Translations under genes and position numbers: made by a program
Shown here: in pieces, positions 35,851 to 44,784 of the stretch
Position numbering within the stretch: the stretch's first letter is position 1
How the letters are laid out: every line of letters begins with the position of its first letter
The notes under the pieces: generated by a model
Told to the model about the DNA's origin: nothing
The model's input: only the letters and a program-made list of their open reading frames with translations
The model's database searches: none
From: Candidatus Omnitrophota bacterium
GTDB lineage: Bacteria; Omnitrophota; Gorgyraeia; JAGLLT01
Reading direction: 5' to 3'
DNA: 64,000 bases
Assembly (NCBI GenBank): GCA_023140385.1
Contig: JAGLLT010000002.1
Coordinates: 24,295-88,294 of the forward strand

Positions 35851-37014
35851 GTGCCAAGATTGAGAATATTAAATTACATTTTTCTTATTTGTCTACAATT
35901 TTTAGGATTTTTGTACGTAACTTCAAATTGTGTTTTCGCGGCAACGGATGAGTTTAGTTTTATCGCGCGGGATGCCGATGTAATATTATCTGTTAGAAAT
36001 GACGCTGATGATGAAGGTTTAAGTTATGTAACTAACTTATGGCGAGACAGGTTTGATATAAGAGAAACAACCGTTAAGAACGATGCCATTACTAAATTGT
36101 ACAGTGAATTACCATCCACTACCATTGTTGGAGCGGTTTATTTACCTCAGGAAGCATTTGATAAAAAAGGTGATCCTGTATATCCTGATTTTGTAATTAT
36201 AATTAAAATTGAAGAAAGTGATAAAGTTGTCGCTGAAGCCATTGAAACACTTATTAAAAAAAGAAAACCTCTCAAAGAAGTAAAGTATAAGGGTTTTAGT
36301 ATTGTCTATCGTGATAAAAAGCTTGAACCATATCACGGTCAAAAAGATTTAGCGGCTTACGTAAAAATTGATAATTATTTCATAATCGCCATGAGTCCGG
36401 ATAAGCTCTACAAATCTATAGATTGTTTCAAGGGCAGCATAAAGAAATTTGATACAAAAAAAATTCTTCCATTTGTAAAAACATTTAAAAGCGATGTCTA
36501 TTTATACGCGAATAATAGATCAGGCCTTTTTTCTAAAAATTTAAAGAGATGGGAGGAAAATGAGGGCATAAGAGTACTACTGTCTTCCGCGTCTATTTCA
36601 TCAATATTTTTCTCATTAAACATAGCTACCGGTGACGCGATTAATGGCGAAATAATTTTTACACCCAGATATGAAAAGAACATTATAGATATTGAAGACG
36701 ATGCTTATTTCTTTCAAGAAGTAATTAGCCGCTCATTTATAAAACAAGATATTAATTGGATTAGTGATGTTAGAATTGAGGAGAAAAATGTTATCCTTGA
36801 TTTTAAAGGAACCGGCTTTGAAAAAATATGGGAAGAAGCGCTTCTTAGCAAAAAAATAGCTTTTTTAGAAAAGGAATCTAAAGAGGAAGAAAAAGATCAG
36901 GAAAATGATACTGATTTTAGTACATCTTCCGGTAGAATGGTTAAGATAATATTTATGACTCTTGTAATGCTTATAGTTATTGGAGTCATTACGTTCATCA
37001 AAAGGAAGAAGTAA
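35851..37014 (+). CDS. Hypothetical exported protein with cleavable-type signal peptide and C-terminal TM anchor
   Basis: 'LICLQFLGFLYVTSNCVFAATDEF' is signal-peptide-like. 'IIFMTLVMLIVIGVITFIKRKK' is a C-terminal anchor. An acidic linker lies before it. Confidence 0.45.
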   Translation: MPRLRILNYIFLICLQFLGFLYVTSNCVFAATDEFSFIARDADVILSVRNDADDEGLSYVTNLWRDRFDIRETTVKNDAITKLYSELPSTTIVGAVYLPQEAFDKKGDPVYPDFVIIIKIEESDKVVAEAIETLIKKRKPLKEVKYKGFSIVYRDKKLEPYHGQKDLAAYVKIDNYFIIAMSPDKLYKSIDCFKGSIKKFDTKKILPFVKTFKSDVYLYANNRSGLFSKNLKRWEENEGIRVLLSSASISSIFFSLNIATGDAINGEIIFTPRYEKNIIDIEDDAYFFQEVISRSFIKQDINWISDVRIEEKNVILDFKGTGFEKIWEEALLSKKIAFLEKESKEEEKDQENDTDFSTSSGRMVKIIFMTLVMLIVIGVITFIKRKK

Positions 37015-37016
37015 GC

Positions 37017-38798
37017 GTGAATTTATTTAATAAGTTTAAATTTGAAGCTGTTATATTTATATTATTTTTTATCCTTGCTTCTATATTTACATTCCCATTA
37101 ATTCTAAATATGCATACTTCTATCTATGATTATCAGGGGGATTTAATGGAGACGCTGTGGTACGCCTGGTGGGTAAAATACGCCTGGCAGCATGATTTGG
37201 ATTGTCAGTTTGTCTCTATTGTAGCCTGTCCTTACGGCATTGATTTATCAAGGGATATCGCAAAGAATATAGGCCTGCAATTTGCTAATTACCCGCTTTT
37301 ACTTCTGACTCTCATGCAGAATGAAATCTTTGCTTACAATTTTATAATGCTGGTTACTTTTCCAATAGCCGGCTTGGCCATGTACTTATTGGCTGTTTAT
37401 CTCACAAGAAACAAGTGGGCGTCGTTTGTAGCCGGCCTCGCCTATGCTTTTTGCCCTTATCACTTTGCCCACGCCAGCCATATAACTTTAGCTAATATTC
37501 AATGGATGCCGCTCTTTATATTATTTCTTTTTAAGCTTCACAAAGAAAGAACTTATTCTAATGCCGTATTATGCGGTTTATTTTTTGCTTTGACATTACT
37601 ATCCGATACTTATTACGGATATTTTATGTTGGTAGCGGCGGCCACGTTTTTTATATTCATGTTGGCAAGGAAGTTTTTCAGGAAGATTAAAAAGCTCCAT
37701 GAGATAAATTTTACGCCGCAGGTAGGCATAATAAAAAACATTAGTTTATTATGCGTTACAGTTTTTACCGCCTGTGTTGTTTGTTTCCCTTATATATTTC
37801 CCATACTTAATTCGTATTTATCCAATGATGGAAAACTGTCTATTTTAAAAAGTTACGAGAGAAATATAAAAGAGTTAAAAGAACCCTCAGCAACAGTTTT
37901 GAACTATCTTTTGCCTTCACCGAATCATCCCTTATTTGGAGCATTTACGTCTAGCTTTGAGGGCTCACTATTTTACGGAGAAAATTATCAGGAATATAAT
38001 CTTTTTTTAGGTTTTTTTGTAATTATCATGTCTATCTATACGCATCGGCTTTGGAGAAATTCTAAAAAAGCTGAGATTGCCGACGCGAAGAAGTCTGAGG
38101 AAATGGATTTTTCGATCAAGTTCTTTATTGCTTTAGCTGTAGTTGCTTTTTCGTTTTCTTTGTATCCGGTCTATAATCTTTTTGGAATGGAAATACATTT
38201 GCCTTCAAGTTTTATTTATAACATCGTACCTTTTTTTAGATCAATAGGGCGCTTCGGAATAGTTTTAATGCTGGCTTTATCAGTTTTAACAGCTTTTGGT
38301 ATTAGGTTTTTATTAGAAATTGACCGAATAGCTAAATTAAAAAAAGTTTTAGTCATTATGTTTTCGGTAATAATTTTATTTGAGTTTTTGTATATTCCGC
38401 CTAATAAAATAGCTAACACCGCGCCTACTGAAGAAGTATATTTTTGGCTTAAGGAGCAGCCGGCTGAAACCTTAATAGTTGAATACCCGATAGAGGAAGA
38501 TGACACAGTAATTTACTTATTTAACCAAAGGGTGCATCAGAAGAAATTAGTTAATGGTGCCCCAAAGGGCACTGAAGCTTATTCAACTAATGAAAAGATA
38601 AGGGATATTTTAAATCCTCAAACTAAAAATATTCTTAATAAATTGGATGTTTCATATGTGGTGATTCACTTTTCCAAGTATTCTCAGCAATCGGAAAGGG
38701 AAAATGTAAAAGCCATGTTGTTAAAATCACCCGAATCTTATAGCTTAATTGAAGAAAAAGATTTCGGGGACACAAAAGTGTACAGGATTAAAAAATGA
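37017..38798 (+). CDS. Polytopic membrane protein (593 aa), possible GT-C-like glycosyltransferase/polymerase
   Basis: About 11 N-terminal TM helices with a Trp/Tyr-rich first loop ('LWYAWWVKYAWQHD'). The C-terminal ~130 aa are hydrophilic. The architecture resembles GT-C enzymes, but no firm motif is present. Confidence 0.35.
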   Translation: MNLFNKFKFEAVIFILFFILASIFTFPLILNMHTSIYDYQGDLMETLWYAWWVKYAWQHDLDCQFVSIVACPYGIDLSRDIAKNIGLQFANYPLLLLTLMQNEIFAYNFIMLVTFPIAGLAMYLLAVYLTRNKWASFVAGLAYAFCPYHFAHASHITLANIQWMPLFILFLFKLHKERTYSNAVLCGLFFALTLLSDTYYGYFMLVAAATFFIFMLARKFFRKIKKLHEINFTPQVGIIKNISLLCVTVFTACVVCFPYIFPILNSYLSNDGKLSILKSYERNIKELKEPSATVLNYLLPSPNHPLFGAFTSSFEGSLFYGENYQEYNLFLGFFVIIMSIYTHRLWRNSKKAEIADAKKSEEMDFSIKFFIALAVVAFSFSLYPVYNLFGMEIHLPSSFIYNIVPFFRSIGRFGIVLMLALSVLTAFGIRFLLEIDRIAKLKKVLVIMFSVIILFEFLYIPPNKIANTAPTEEVYFWLKEQPAETLIVEYPIEEDDTVIYLFNQRVHQKKLVNGAPKGTEAYSTNEKIRDILNPQTKNILNKLDVSYVVIHFSKYSQQSERENVKAMLLKSPESYSLIEEKDFGDTKVYRIKK

Positions 38799-39601
38799 AA
38801 AAATTAATATCAAGGTTGTTCATAATTTTTTTAATTGTGTTTATTTCTGGTTATGCTTTTTATCAACTTTTCGGCTGGCAGCTTGCCGTTCGTCAGTATA
38901 AAAAACATGTCATCTCTGAATTAAAGGTTAACTCAACAACTGGAATACAAGCGCCCGAGAAACTTGTTTATACTCTTAGATATATGGGGCTTCCTTCGGG
39001 TAAGGCTATCTTAAGGGTTGATGATATTGGTGATTATGAAGGGAAAGAGGTTTGTTTTTTAAGCGGTAATGCCAGGACATCTGATTTTATATCGGTATTT
39101 TTTGAAATTGAAGGCTGGGTTAAATCAATACTTGATAAAAAAAAGCTGAATTCATTATATTTCCAGGAACATTCGCAGGCAACAGGCCATAGGCAGAACG
39201 ATAAAGTCGTTGTCTATAATCAGGATAAGCACTATCTGAAGGTTGATGGTGAGCAATTTAGGATATTGCCTGATACAGTTGATCCCCTGGGCAGCTTTTA
39301 TGTTATCAGATTAATTGATTTTGAGCTTCTTAAAGGCGGTTACAGCCTTAATGTTAAAAGCAGAAAAAGAGACAGGACACTCTATGTTAAGTATGAAGGT
39401 ACTGAAATATTAGATTCTCCTTTTGGTAAAATAGAAACTTATAAGATATATATGCATTTAAAGAGAGTTAAGGCGACTTCAAAGCATGAAATTAGCGGCA
39501 ATATGTGGGTTACGGCTGATGAGAAAAGAATACCTGTGAGTATTGATATTAACACCAAGGCCGGGCCGGTGAGCGTCAGACTACTTGACTTAGATTTGTA
39601 A
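38795..39601 (+). CDS. Hypothetical exported/anchored protein (possibly DUF3108-like beta-rich domain)
   Basis: N-terminal signal anchor 'LFIIFLIVFISGYAFY' followed by a beta-strand-rich ~230-aa domain. The assignment is weak. Confidence 0.35.
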   Translation: MKKLISRLFIIFLIVFISGYAFYQLFGWQLAVRQYKKHVISELKVNSTTGIQAPEKLVYTLRYMGLPSGKAILRVDDIGDYEGKEVCFLSGNARTSDFISVFFEIEGWVKSILDKKKLNSLYFQEHSQATGHRQNDKVVVYNQDKHYLKVDGEQFRILPDTVDPLGSFYVIRLIDFELLKGGYSLNVKSRKRDRTLYVKYEGTEILDSPFGKIETYKIYMHLKRVKATSKHEISGNMWVTADEKRIPVSIDINTKAGPVSVRLLDLDL

Positions 39602-39617
39602 TATAAAGGGCGCCTGT

Positions 39618-40490
39618 ATGAAGATTGCTTTAGTTTTTAACAAGGATCGGCCGGATACGACCGGTATATATTTTGAGAAGGCCTTAAAAGAATCTCAGGT
39701 AGATTTTGACCATTATCCGGTTGAAGGTTCCAAGAAACTAATTAACAAGAAATACGATTTATTTTTAAGGATAGACCACGGTGATTATAAGTTTGATTTG
39801 GATAAAAGCTTTAGGCCTTTAGCCTTTTTAGCAATCGATACCCACCTCAAGAAACCGTTTAAAAAGATTTGCCGCCAAATGAAGCATTGCGACTTTCTTT
39901 TTGCCGCTCAAAAAGAAGGCGCGAAAAGCCTCGCGAAGGTTTTAAGGCGTTCCGTCTATTGGATACCTCTGGCCTGTAATCCGGAAATTCATAAAAAACA
40001 GGATATTCCCAAAGTCTATGATGTTGGCTTTGTTGGTTCTTGCGGGGGAGAAGGCAGTTTAAGGCAGGAGACACTGCTTTATATTAAGAGTAAAATTAAG
40101 GATAGCTTTATAGGTAACGCGCCTTATAATGAAATGAGCCGCATATATTCAGCATCAAAAATTGGAATAAATTTTTCATTGAATAATGATATTAATATGC
40201 GTATTTTTGAAATTTTAAGCTGTGGGGCTATGTTAATAACCAGCCATGTTGAAAACAACGGTTTTAACGAACTCTTTATTGAGGGTAAGCATCTGGTGAC
40301 TTATAAAGATAAAGAGGAATTAGCCTCAAAGATAGAGTATTTTTTATTGCACGCGGATGAGCGTAAGCGTATTGCCCAAGAGGGCTACGAGTTGGCTGTG
40401 AATAAGCACACATATAAAAACCGTTTAGAGAAGATGTTTTCAATCATAAAAGGAAGCGCAGAAGGGCGGCTTGCGGGCCTTAAACTATGA
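39618..40490 (+). CDS. CgeB-family (DUF3880 + Glyco_trans_1_2) glycosyltransferase-like protein
   Basis: The C-terminal 'MRIFEILSCGAMLITSHV...LFIEGKHLVTYKDKEELASKIEYFLLHADERKRIAQEGYELAVNKHTY' matches the Glyco_trans_1_2 consensus. Confidence 0.6.
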   Translation: MKIALVFNKDRPDTTGIYFEKALKESQVDFDHYPVEGSKKLINKKYDLFLRIDHGDYKFDLDKSFRPLAFLAIDTHLKKPFKKICRQMKHCDFLFAAQKEGAKSLAKVLRRSVYWIPLACNPEIHKKQDIPKVYDVGFVGSCGGEGSLRQETLLYIKSKIKDSFIGNAPYNEMSRIYSASKIGINFSLNNDINMRIFEILSCGAMLITSHVENNGFNELFIEGKHLVTYKDKEELASKIEYFLLHADERKRIAQEGYELAVNKHTYKNRLEKMFSIIKGSAEGRLAGLKL

Positions 40491-41518
40491 GTTGCGATAT
40501 AATTATTGTCGTCTGGAATCAGGCTAAAATTACGCGCAGGTGCCTTGAAAGCGTTGTCAATAAGACAGAGGCGGGCTGCCACCTTATTTTAATTGATAAT
40601 GCCAGCAATGATGAAACAAGCAAGTATCTGGAAGATTTTACGAATGCCGCCGGCGATAAAGTAGTTTTATTAAAAAATAAGACTAATCTGGGTTTTCTAA
40701 AGGCCGCTAATCAGGGCCTGACGAAATCTACAGCTAAATTTACCTGTTTATTAAATAATGATACGGTTGTAACCAGGGGTTGGCTGCGGGAGCTTATGAG
40801 TGTGGCTGAAAGCAATCCGAGATTAGGTATACTTAATCCGTCGAGTACAACCTTAGGCCAAAAGGTGCCCTTAAAGGACATAGATAAATATGCCGGTGAA
40901 GTGAAAAAATATCAGGGTGAATATGTTGAAATGGCTCAGGCCAGCGGTTTTTGTATGTTTATAAAAAGGGAGGTTATTGATAAAATAGGCTTACTTGATG
41001 AACGTTATGGACAGGGCTACTTTGAGGATACAGATTATTCACGCAGGGCCAAGGATGCCGGTTTTATCATTGCCAAGGCTTGCGGCAGTTACGTTTATCA
41101 CCAGGAAAACGTTAGTTTTCTCAGGCTAAAGAAAAGAAACGATCTCTTTAATAGAAATAGAAAGATTTTCGAAGAGCGCTGGGGCAGGCCAAAAAGAGTC
41201 TTTGTTGAGTCTAAAGAAGGGTTGAACAAGAGAGAAAATGAGTTGTTTTTAATTGTTGCAAATAAGGCCAACTGGGTTATAATAGCAAGAAATAAGCATG
41301 CCGCGGGAGAGTTAAGGCATTCAAACATAAAATTTCTCTCCTATCCGGCATGGATGTTTTACGTGCTTGTTTTTTTTAAGATACTAAAGCGCGTCAAAAA
41401 AAAGTATGACATCTTAATAATCCGCTCCCGGCGGCTTAAGAATGTGCTTGAATTTTTTAAGTTTATACATAAAGCAAAGGTTGTTGCTTTTAGGCAGGCG
41501 GAAGAGGCGCTGAAATGA
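40487..41518 (+). CDS. GT2 glycosyltransferase
   Basis: 'CDIIIVVWNQAKITRRCLESV', 'LILIDNASNDETSKYL', 'LLNNDTVVTRGWL' and 'GYFEDTDYSRRA' are GT2 signatures. Confidence 0.8.
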   Translation: MSCDIIIVVWNQAKITRRCLESVVNKTEAGCHLILIDNASNDETSKYLEDFTNAAGDKVVLLKNKTNLGFLKAANQGLTKSTAKFTCLLNNDTVVTRGWLRELMSVAESNPRLGILNPSSTTLGQKVPLKDIDKYAGEVKKYQGEYVEMAQASGFCMFIKREVIDKIGLLDERYGQGYFEDTDYSRRAKDAGFIIAKACGSYVYHQENVSFLRLKKRNDLFNRNRKIFEERWGRPKRVFVESKEGLNKRENELFLIVANKANWVIIARNKHAAGELRHSNIKFLSYPAWMFYVLVFFKILKRVKKKYDILIIRSRRLKNVLEFFKFIHKAKVVAFRQAEEALK

Positions 41519-42333
41519 GTCAGGATAAAAAAATTCCTTTATCGGTTGTGATTGCGGCTAAGAACGAAGAAGATAATATCGGTGAATGCCTAAAATCAGT
41601 TAAAGAATGGGCGGATGAGCTTATAGTCATTGATGATGAAAGCACTGATAAAACGGCCATTATTGCCGCGGGAATAGCTGATAAGGTAGTTGTTAAAAAA
41701 ATGGAAGTTGAAGGAACCCACCGTAATTACGCGTACAATCTTGCGCGGAACGAGTGGGTATTGAGCCTGGATGCCGATGAGACGGTTACAGAGGAGCTTA
41801 AACGAGAAATAAGCGGGGAACTTGCTAAAGATGATAAATATGCCGCTTACAGTGTTCCCTTAAGGAATTATATCGGTAATTACTGGGTTAAATACGGCGG
41901 CTGGTATCCGGCGGCCAAGGTGCGGCTTTTTATGAAAAGTAAGTTTAAATATGAAGATGCCGGCGTGCACCCGAAGATATTTTTAGATGGGGAATGCGGA
42001 CATTTAAAACGTGATATTATTCACAAAGGTTACCCTGATATAGCGCACTTTTTAGGAAGCCTGAATTATCAGACAACAAAGGAAGCTGAAAAGTGGGCTG
42101 ATGATAAAAGGAAAATGTCTCTATTCAGGGCCCTACGTAAAACCGTAGATAGATTTTTCAGGGCTTATGTTTTGAAGAAAGGTTTTCGTGATGGGTTTAT
42201 CGGCTTAGTGACGGCCGTTTTCGCGGGGCTTTATCAGTTTTTAAGTTATGCTAAATACAGGCAATTAAAAATAGAAGCGGCCGCGGAAAAAGTGCCGGAC
42301 GCCGGGGCCAATGAAGATAAAAAAAGAGGTTGA
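41515..42333 (+). CDS. GT2 glycosyltransferase (WaaE/KdtX-like LPS-core type)
   Basis: 'LSVVIAAKNEEDNIGECLKSV...ADELIVIDDESTDKT'. 'SLDADETV' is the DxD region. Confidence 0.8.
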   Translation: MSQDKKIPLSVVIAAKNEEDNIGECLKSVKEWADELIVIDDESTDKTAIIAAGIADKVVVKKMEVEGTHRNYAYNLARNEWVLSLDADETVTEELKREISGELAKDDKYAAYSVPLRNYIGNYWVKYGGWYPAAKVRLFMKSKFKYEDAGVHPKIFLDGECGHLKRDIIHKGYPDIAHFLGSLNYQTTKEAEKWADDKRKMSLFRALRKTVDRFFRAYVLKKGFRDGFIGLVTAVFAGLYQFLSYAKYRQLKIEAAAEKVPDAGANEDKKRG

Positions 42334-43144
42334 CAGCGGCATATATCAACGCGGCTATTACGTAAAGGCCTTTGATGGTAAGGTGGAGAAGTATTTAGAG
42401 TCGCTCAGGGCCGGTGAAACGGGCAACCGCTTTGACGAGGTCTTTCGCAGGGCAGGGTTAAAGGAAGGCGAAAGGGTACTTGATGTCGGCTGCGGCAGAG
42501 GTGAGTTGATATATTTTTCCATACTCAGGGGAGCTTCGCGCGCCGTTGGAGTGGATTACAGCAAAGATGCTTTGGCTATTGCCGAAAAGGCTATCGGGCT
42601 TTTGCCGCCGGAGACGCGAAAAAGGGCGCTTCTTTTATGTAGTAATGTATCAAATTTAGGGCTTGATGAGCAGTTTGACTGCTGTTTTCTGACCGATATC
42701 GTTGAACATCTAACCGATGAACAGTTATCCGGGCTTTTTTTAGAACTCAAAAAGCGCCTGAGTGATAAAGGCAGGCTGATAATCCATACGGCGCCCAATG
42801 TTAACTGGATAAGGTTTGAGTATCCCATAAAGCGTTTTTTGACTATACCGTCAACGGTTATAAAAAGGCTGAGAGGTAAAAAGCCGTACAAAGCCCCCGA
42901 AGGCGCGGGTTTTTTCAGGAAAGTCCTTAATTTTCTGGATATGTATTACGCGCGTGATTATTACAGCTACAGCCTTGATATGCACATAAACGAGCAGTCG
43001 CCGGCTTCGCTAAAGAGGCATCTGCGCTGCGCCGGTTTTGATTATAAACTCTGGTGTGAGGATGGTTCCAGTAATATAATTTCGATAATATGTAAAAGAT
43101 TCTGGGGGCCGGATATCTGGGCGGTCGCCCGGAAGAAAAATTAG
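42311..43144 (+). CDS. Class I SAM-dependent methyltransferase
   Basis: 'VLDVGCGRGEL' is motif I. 'CFLTDIVEHL' and 'LSDKGRLIIHTAPN' follow. There is a 23-nt overlap with the upstream GT2. Confidence 0.75.
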   Translation: MKIKKEVDSGIYQRGYYVKAFDGKVEKYLESLRAGETGNRFDEVFRRAGLKEGERVLDVGCGRGELIYFSILRGASRAVGVDYSKDALAIAEKAIGLLPPETRKRALLLCSNVSNLGLDEQFDCCFLTDIVEHLTDEQLSGLFLELKKRLSDKGRLIIHTAPNVNWIRFEYPIKRFLTIPSTVIKRLRGKKPYKAPEGAGFFRKVLNFLDMYYARDYYSYSLDMHINEQSPASLKRHLRCAGFDYKLWCEDGSSNIISIICKRFWGPDIWAVARKKN

Positions 43145-43166
43145 CGATATATAACGGGGAGAAAAA

Positions 43167-44186
43167 ATGAGCGTAAAAAAAATAGTTAATACCGCGGTTA
43201 TAGGAGTAGGTAATTGGGGTAAGAATTTAGTTAGAAATTTCGCGGAGCTTTCGAACTCTAACTTAATAGCTTGCTGTGATTTAGATGAAAAGAAACTTGA
43301 GAAAATAAAAAAATCTTTTCCAAAAGTTTCAGTCACAAAAAACGTGAACGATGTTTTACGCGATCCGGAAATAGACGCGATTATTGTGGCAACTTCAGCG
43401 TCAACGCATTTTAAGATGGCGAAGAAATGTCTTTTAAGCGGTAAGCACGTGTTTGTAGAAAAACCTTTATGTTTACATGTAAAAGATGTAAATGAACTAA
43501 ATAAAATTGCAAAAGAGAAAAACAAAAAAATTATGGTTGGGCACTTGTTAGAATATCATCCCGCGGTAAATTACCTCAAAGACTTCATTAAATCCGGCAA
43601 GCTCGGAGACATTTATTATATATATTCACAAAGAGTGAATTTGGGTAAAATTAGGGATGATGAAAACGCGCTTTGGAGTTTGGCGCCGCACGATATTTCT
43701 GTTATTTTGTATTTGCTTAATGAAGAACCGGTCTCGGTTGCCGCCCGCGGAGAGTATTATTTACAAAAAGATTTGGAAGATGTGGTTTTTTTAAATTTAC
43801 AGTTTAAGGATAAAAAAATGGCTAACATTCATCTAAGTTGGCTTGACCCGCATAAAATTAGAAAGATAACGGTTGTCGGCAATAAAAAAATGGTGGTATT
43901 TGATGACATGGAAGCAACTGAAAAAATAAAAATTTATGATAAAGGCGCGGATCCAAAAGGCAAGTATGTATCGTACGAGGAGTCTATTACATTAAGAAAT
44001 GGTGACATATTAATTCCCAGTTTTACGTTAAAAGAGCCTCTTAAGTTAGAATGTCAGCATTTTTTAGACTGCATTATAAAAAATAAGAAACCGCTTAGCG
44101 ATGGATATGATGGATTAAGGGTAGTTCGTGTCTTAGAGGCTGCCAGGAAGTCTTTGAAGAAGAATGGTGTTCCCGTTAGATTGTAA
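43167..44186 (+). CDS. Gfo/Idh/MocA-family NAD(P) oxidoreductase (WbpB/WlbA-like UDP-sugar 3-dehydrogenase)
   Basis: 'NTAVIGVGNWGKNL' is the Rossmann motif. 'HVFVEKPL' is the Gfo/Idh/MocA signature (EKP). Context: followed by an LbH acetyltransferase and a DegT. Confidence 0.85.
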   Translation: MSVKKIVNTAVIGVGNWGKNLVRNFAELSNSNLIACCDLDEKKLEKIKKSFPKVSVTKNVNDVLRDPEIDAIIVATSASTHFKMAKKCLLSGKHVFVEKPLCLHVKDVNELNKIAKEKNKKIMVGHLLEYHPAVNYLKDFIKSGKLGDIYYIYSQRVNLGKIRDDENALWSLAPHDISVILYLLNEEPVSVAARGEYYLQKDLEDVVFLNLQFKDKKMANIHLSWLDPHKIRKITVVGNKKMVVFDDMEATEKIKIYDKGADPKGKYVSYEESITLRNGDILIPSFTLKEPLKLECQHFLDCIIKNKKPLSDGYDGLRVVRVLEAARKSLKKNGVPVRL

Positions 44187-44199
44187 TGGAGATTGAAAA

Positions 44200-44784
44200 A
44201 TGAAGAAAAAATATTATGCCCACCCATCAGCCTTTATAGACGCGGGAGTCAATATTGGGGTGGAAACGCAAATATGGCATTGCTCGCATATTTTTAAAGG
44301 AGCTCATATAGGAAAAAAGTGTAAAATTGGCCAAAATGTAGTTATTCATGGAAGCGTTGTAGTCGGAGACAATGTTAAAATACAAAATAATGTTTCCGTA
44401 TATGATGGCGTAATTTTGGAAAATGATGTTTTTTGCGGGCCCTCAATGGTCTTTACGAATATTATCAATCCGCGTTCCGCGTATCCTAGAAATACATCCG
44501 ACTCCTATATGAAAACTTTAGTTAAGGAGGGCGCGTCTATAGGAGCTAATGCTACCATTATTTGCGGTAATACCATAGGGAAATATGCTTTTGTCGGAGC
44601 CGGCAGCGTAGTTACTAAAGATGTGCCGGATTATGCTTTAGTCTTTGGATCTCCCGCCGGAATAAAAGGATGGATGTGCCGGTGCGGTGAAAAATTACAT
44701 TTTAAAAAAAATATCGCGCACTGTAAAATATGCGAAAAGAGTTTTGTTCTTAAAAATAGAATTAAATGCGAGGAGACAAAGTGA
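44200..44784 (+). CDS. Hexapeptide-repeat (left-handed beta-helix) acetyltransferase, WbpD/WlbB-like, with C-terminal Cys4 zinc-ribbon tail
   Basis: Hexapeptide repeats 'IGKKCKIGQNVVIHGSVVVGDNVKIQNNVSVYDGVILE'. The C-terminal tail is 'CRCGEKLHF...CKICEKS'. Confidence 0.8.
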   Translation: MKKKYYAHPSAFIDAGVNIGVETQIWHCSHIFKGAHIGKKCKIGQNVVIHGSVVVGDNVKIQNNVSVYDGVILENDVFCGPSMVFTNIINPRSAYPRNTSDSYMKTLVKEGASIGANATIICGNTIGKYAFVGAGSVVTKDVPDYALVFGSPAGIKGWMCRCGEKLHFKKNIAHCKICEKSFVLKNRIKCEETK

